DNA of 64,000 nt from positions 1 through 64,000 of IMG/VR virus record IMGVR_UViG_3300021426_000068; one strand, given 5' to 3'. The translations under genes and the position numbers were made by a program. Below, piece by piece: positions 60,351 through 64,000 of the stretch; the first letter of the stretch is position 1, and every line of letters starts with the position of its first letter. The notes beneath the pieces are model-generated. The model made no database searches and was not told where the DNA came from. It saw only the letters and a list, made by a program, of their open reading frames with translations. The stretch comes from a virus (Duplodnaviria; Caudoviricetes).

Positions 60351-62174
60351 TTATACTTCTTGAACAACCCAACCTGATGGAATACCATTAATCCCTGTTG
60401 GCCAAGTAACACCTGCTGCTTTAACAAATGTTCCTGAAGAAGTAATATCTCTTACCCACTGATATAAACAATTACTTGCACTTATATTTGTTGCTAAACA
60501 TTTAATATAATTTAATGATGTACAACCATAAAACATACTATAATAACAATATTGTGCTAACGTAGTAGCAGGTAATTCAGGTGCTGTGACTAAACTTGTA
60601 CAACCATTAAACATACTTTGATAACAACCATTTGCTAACGTAGTTGCAGGTAGTTCAGATGCTGTGACTAAACTTGTACAACCAATAAACATACTATAAT
60701 AACAATATTGTGCTAACGTAGTAGCAGGTAGTTCAGATGCTGTGACTAAACTTGTACAACCTTCAAACATACTATAATAACAACCAAGTGCTAACGTAGT
60801 TGCAGGTAATTCAGGTGCTGTGACTAAACTTGTACAACCAATAAACATACTATAATAACAATATTGTGCTAACGTAGTAGCAGGTAATTCAGGTGCTGTG
60901 ACTAAACTTGTACAACCAGCAAACATATTAGAATAACAATTACTTGCTAACGTAGTTGCTGGAAGTATTGAAGGTGCTGTGACTAAACTTGTACAACCAA
61001 TAAACATTTCAGCATAACAACTATCTGCTAACGTAGTAGCAGGTAATTCAGGTGCTGTTGTAAGAGAAGTACAACCACTAAACATACTATAATAACAATT
61101 ATCTGCTAACGTAGTTGCAGGTAATTCAGGTGCTGTTGTAAGAGAAGTACAACCACTAAACATTTCAGCATAACAACCAAGTGCTAACGTAGTTGCAGGT
61201 AATTCAGGTGCTGTGACTAAACTTGTACAACCAGCAAACATATTAGAATAACAATTACTTGCTAACGTAGTAGCAGGTAATTCAGGTGCTGTGACTAAAC
61301 TTGTACAACCTTCAAACATACTATAATAACAACCATCTGCTAACGTAGTAGCAGGTAATTCAGGTGCTGTGACTAAACTTGTACAATAATAAAACATACT
61401 ATAATAACAATCATCTTTTAATGTAGTAGCAGGTAAAATAAGGTTTTCAGCAGATGTTAAACCAGTACAAACAGAAAAAATTGAGAATGTATCATTTTCT
61501 GCTAATTCAATTTTATCTATAAAATCATCACCATAGATAAGACTCATTATATTTCCTTCAATTTCAAAACCAGCCGTTGAATCACTAAATAAATTAAAAA
61601 TATCTCTATTAATTCCTTTAAACATTAAAACATCACCATTTACAACTGATATTGTAGAACTTGTACTTACCCATGTCTCACCACCATCGGTTGAATATTC
61701 TAATTCATGATTATTTAAATATATTTCACCATCTTCTATTATCTTAAATGTTAAATATTGTTTACTATAATCTGGTTTTTCCTGTGCTTTTTGTGTGATT
61801 GTCCATGTACCAATAATGGAATTATTGTGCTTTGCTATAACACTACCTGTTTGTTGTTCTTCAGTTGTGTTTTCATTAAAATTAGCAGTAATATTACCAT
61901 TGTTATCAGTAATAGCCGTTACTATTCCTGTAAATTCAAAAGTAATGAAAGGATAGTTAGTGTCATATGTATTAATGATACTTGTATCGGTTGATTCAAC
62001 TTCAGTTGAATCAACACCAAAATTAAAATAATAATCTTCAGGCGTTGGTATACCATCTTTATAATAGACATCCTGACCAACGAAACTTACATTTGGTAAC
62101 ATTGGTTTACCATTAATGTAAGTTATATATTCACCATATGTTTCAAACTCCTTAAAATGTTTTAATTTACTCAT
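60351..62174 (-). CDS. BspA-like leucine-rich-repeat surface/adhesin protein
   Basis: About 13 tandem 24-aa repeats PELPATTLAxxCYxxMFxGCTSLVTA. Confidence 0.8.
   Translation of the reverse strand: MSKLKHFKEFETYGEYITYINGKPMLPNVSFVGQDVYYKDGIPTPEDYYFNFGVDSTEVESTDTSIINTYDTNYPFITFEFTGIVTAITDNNGNITANFNENTTEEQQTGSVIAKHNNSIIGTWTITQKAQEKPDYSKQYLTFKIIEDGEIYLNNHELEYSTDGGETWVSTSSTISVVNGDVLMFKGINRDIFNLFSDSTAGFEIEGNIMSLIYGDDFIDKIELAENDTFSIFSVCTGLTSAENLILPATTLKDDCYYSMFYYCTSLVTAPELPATTLADGCYYSMFEGCTSLVTAPELPATTLASNCYSNMFAGCTSLVTAPELPATTLALGCYAEMFSGCTSLTTAPELPATTLADNCYYSMFSGCTSLTTAPELPATTLADSCYAEMFIGCTSLVTAPSILPATTLASNCYSNMFAGCTSLVTAPELPATTLAQYCYYSMFIGCTSLVTAPELPATTLALGCYYSMFEGCTSLVTASELPATTLAQYCYYSMFIGCTSLVTASELPATTLANGCYQSMFNGCTSLVTAPELPATTLAQYCYYSMFYGCTSLNYIKCLATNISASNCLYQWVRDITSSGTFVKAAGVTWPTGINGIPSGWVVQEV
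60515..61440 (-). repeat. 72-bp coding tandem repeat array
   Basis: Near-identical GCTAACGTAGTAGCAGGTAATTCAGGTGCTGTGACTAAACTTGTACAACC units. Confidence 0.9.
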
Positions 62175-62274
62175 CTTATTTATATTTTCTTTATAAATAG
62201 TTTGTTTATCTAATATGTTTTTTGTATTTTTGTAAAAAGACGTAATAATAAACAAATATAAACAGTTATATAGA

Positions 62275-62871
62275 ATGAAGATATTGACTGAAAAGAAATT
62301 TGAAGTTGCATGGAACAACTTTTGGAAAAGACTTACTAATATAGAATTAGACGTTAACTTTAAAGAAGAAGAATTAAAAGAAGAACTAAGAACGGCTTCA
62401 GGTGCATTAAATGATGATACAGGAATTTCTTATCCTGGTGGTTTGATTACTCATATTAATATTACTTTAGCATTAGCAGATAAAATTTATGAAACAATTT
62501 CTTCTACACCATTTAATGTTTTAAATATTGATAAAAATTCACTTGATAAAGTACTTTTACTTATGCATCTTTCTAAAATTGAAATGTATAAAGTAAATGA
62601 TAATGCATGGGAAGTTGAAAAACGTGGATTAAACTATAAATTTAATGATGAGTTAAAGGGAAGATTAAAATTTGGTGAAAGAAGTATTCTTGTTTGTATG
62701 GATGCACAAATTCCTTTAACGGAAGAAGAATTTGAAGCAATACGTTCTATTGATAGAAAAAGTGAAGGAACAGGTTCAGATATGTATGAGTCTAATTTAT
62801 CTTTAATTGTACGTCAGGTTAATGAACTTGCTTATGCTTTTGAAAGAGAACGTTATAAAACTGAAAAGTAA
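62275..62871 (+). CDS. HD-domain-like protein (degenerate)
   Basis: YPGGLITH...LLMHLSK...GERS...LTEEEFEAI. Confidence 0.6.
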   Translation: MKILTEKKFEVAWNNFWKRLTNIELDVNFKEEELKEELRTASGALNDDTGISYPGGLITHINITLALADKIYETISSTPFNVLNIDKNSLDKVLLLMHLSKIEMYKVNDNAWEVEKRGLNYKFNDELKGRLKFGERSILVCMDAQIPLTEEEFEAIRSIDRKSEGTGSDMYESNLSLIVRQVNELAYAFERERYKTEK

Positions 62872-63713
62872 TGAATGATTTAGATAAAGTATTAAGCCTC
62901 ATGAATAGAATGAGACTTTTTCCTGAAACTGATAAATATAAACTTAAATATTGTTTTATTATCGAAAACAAACATGAAGATTTATTAGAAGAAGGTGTTC
63001 ATAAATCATATGAAGCCAAAGATATGCTTAAGATATTACTTAAGTACTATAATATTGGTAATGAAGAAAATTTCATAGAAAACGGTAATGAAATAGGTGT
63101 ATATTTTGACGGTAGTTATAATTCTGATGGAAAATTTTATAATAATGAAATTGTTGTATTCATACTTGTTATACCAAAGGGTTTTAAAGATTTCGAAAAG
63201 ATAAAGAAGTTTTTTGAAAATTGTGGATGGATTTTAGCACAAGAGAAAGTATATTATAAAAATAATAATTACATATCTTATACTTTTCATAAAAACAAGC
63301 AAGTAAAGGCAATTGATGAATTACCAGAAGTATTATATCATTTAACGCCATTAAGTAAACTGAAAAAGATTACAAAGAATGGTTTAGTGCCAAGAACAAG
63401 TAATATAATGTCAAATAGACCAGAAAGAGTTTATTTATATACTGAAAAAATGTCTTTATTTTCTTTTCAACAGTTTGCAAATCATTTATGGAAAGCACAA
63501 TTAGAAAAACAACTTAATTTAAATGGATTAAGTAAAGAAGAAATCGCTGAAAAATTAAATCAACCAAGAACAGAAAAATATTGTTTATTAGAAATAGACA
63601 CTTCTAAATGTAATGATTTAAAAATATTTGGAGACCCTGATATGGATGGTGCTGTTTGGACATATGATAATATACCTCCACAAGCAATAAAAGTAATAAA
63701 TAAAGATATTTAA
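62871..63713 (+). CDS. protein with C-terminal ART/Tpt1(KptA)-like fold
   Basis: LYHLT......I.KNGLVP...RPERVYL...LLEID...WTYDNIPP. Confidence 0.55.
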   Translation: MNDLDKVLSLMNRMRLFPETDKYKLKYCFIIENKHEDLLEEGVHKSYEAKDMLKILLKYYNIGNEENFIENGNEIGVYFDGSYNSDGKFYNNEIVVFILVIPKGFKDFEKIKKFFENCGWILAQEKVYYKNNNYISYTFHKNKQVKAIDELPEVLYHLTPLSKLKKITKNGLVPRTSNIMSNRPERVYLYTEKMSLFSFQQFANHLWKAQLEKQLNLNGLSKEEIAEKLNQPRTEKYCLLEIDTSKCNDLKIFGDPDMDGAVWTYDNIPPQAIKVINKDI

Positions 63714-63718
63714 AAATT

Positions 63719-63970
63719 ATGAAGCCAGAGGAATTACGTATAAATGATATAATTAAGTTGGAATATCGTGGTATTCCGTGTTATGCTAAGGTTATTAAGG
63801 TTATTGAGAAAAATAATGTTTATAAAGTAAATACAAATGAACCAATTACAATTGTGTCAGTTAAGGTAATGATACCTAAAGAAGACAATAAAATTATTTA
63901 TGAATCATTTATACTTACTGAAGATAAAGATTATGAACTTATTTATGGTGATGATTTAGTTAATGGATAA
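63719..63970 (+). CDS. hypothetical protein
   Basis: ORF track. Confidence 0.6.
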   Translation: MKPEELRINDIIKLEYRGIPCYAKVIKVIEKNNVYKVNTNEPITIVSVKVMIPKEDNKIIYESFILTEDKDYELIYGDDLVNG

Positions 63971-64000
63971 TATGGATAATATGGATGAAAGGCAAAAAAT

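Overview
AT-rich segment of a large (jumbo/mega) lytic phage of a Bacteroidota host, inferred from TAnnTTTG promoters, A-rich non-SD starts and a lipobox lipoprotein. It reads in the standard code here. Bases 1-15 are Illumina adapter. The protein genes are typical huge-phage content: CofE-like ligase, SprT, Pth2, PurA-like, a vWA gene split by a LAGLIDADG group I intron, ThyX, ClpP, SbcD/SbcC, MetK, two DNA MTases, primase, sigma70, RuvC-like, MazG, nicotinamidase, Thg1, SSB, thioredoxin, fibre/adhesin proteins and several homing endonucleases. The most unusual part is the minus-strand RNA region at about 4.4-16.9 kb, with about 29 tRNA or tRNA-like genes. (1) Four tRNAs (Thr, Glu, Asn, Pro) have 81-124 nt anticodon-loop inserts built as a short leader, a hairpin/pseudoknot and a nested mini-tRNA. 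(2) Eight copies of a '7-bp stem-NN-ACAGCAA' module occur alone, around circularly permuted tRNA folds, or grafted into tRNA anticodon arms (Y-RNA-like topology). (3) There is an arm-shuffled tRNA-Ile-like RNA, a group I intron in tRNA-Lys and an amber (CUA) tRNA. (4) A 41-codon leader using all 20 amino acids, with terminator/antiterminator, sits in front of the array, and an amber-interrupted Pro-Pro-stop minigene sits in front of the Pth2 operon. By inference these form a phage tRNA surveillance, repair and replacement system. All structures were folded by eye and no searches were run.
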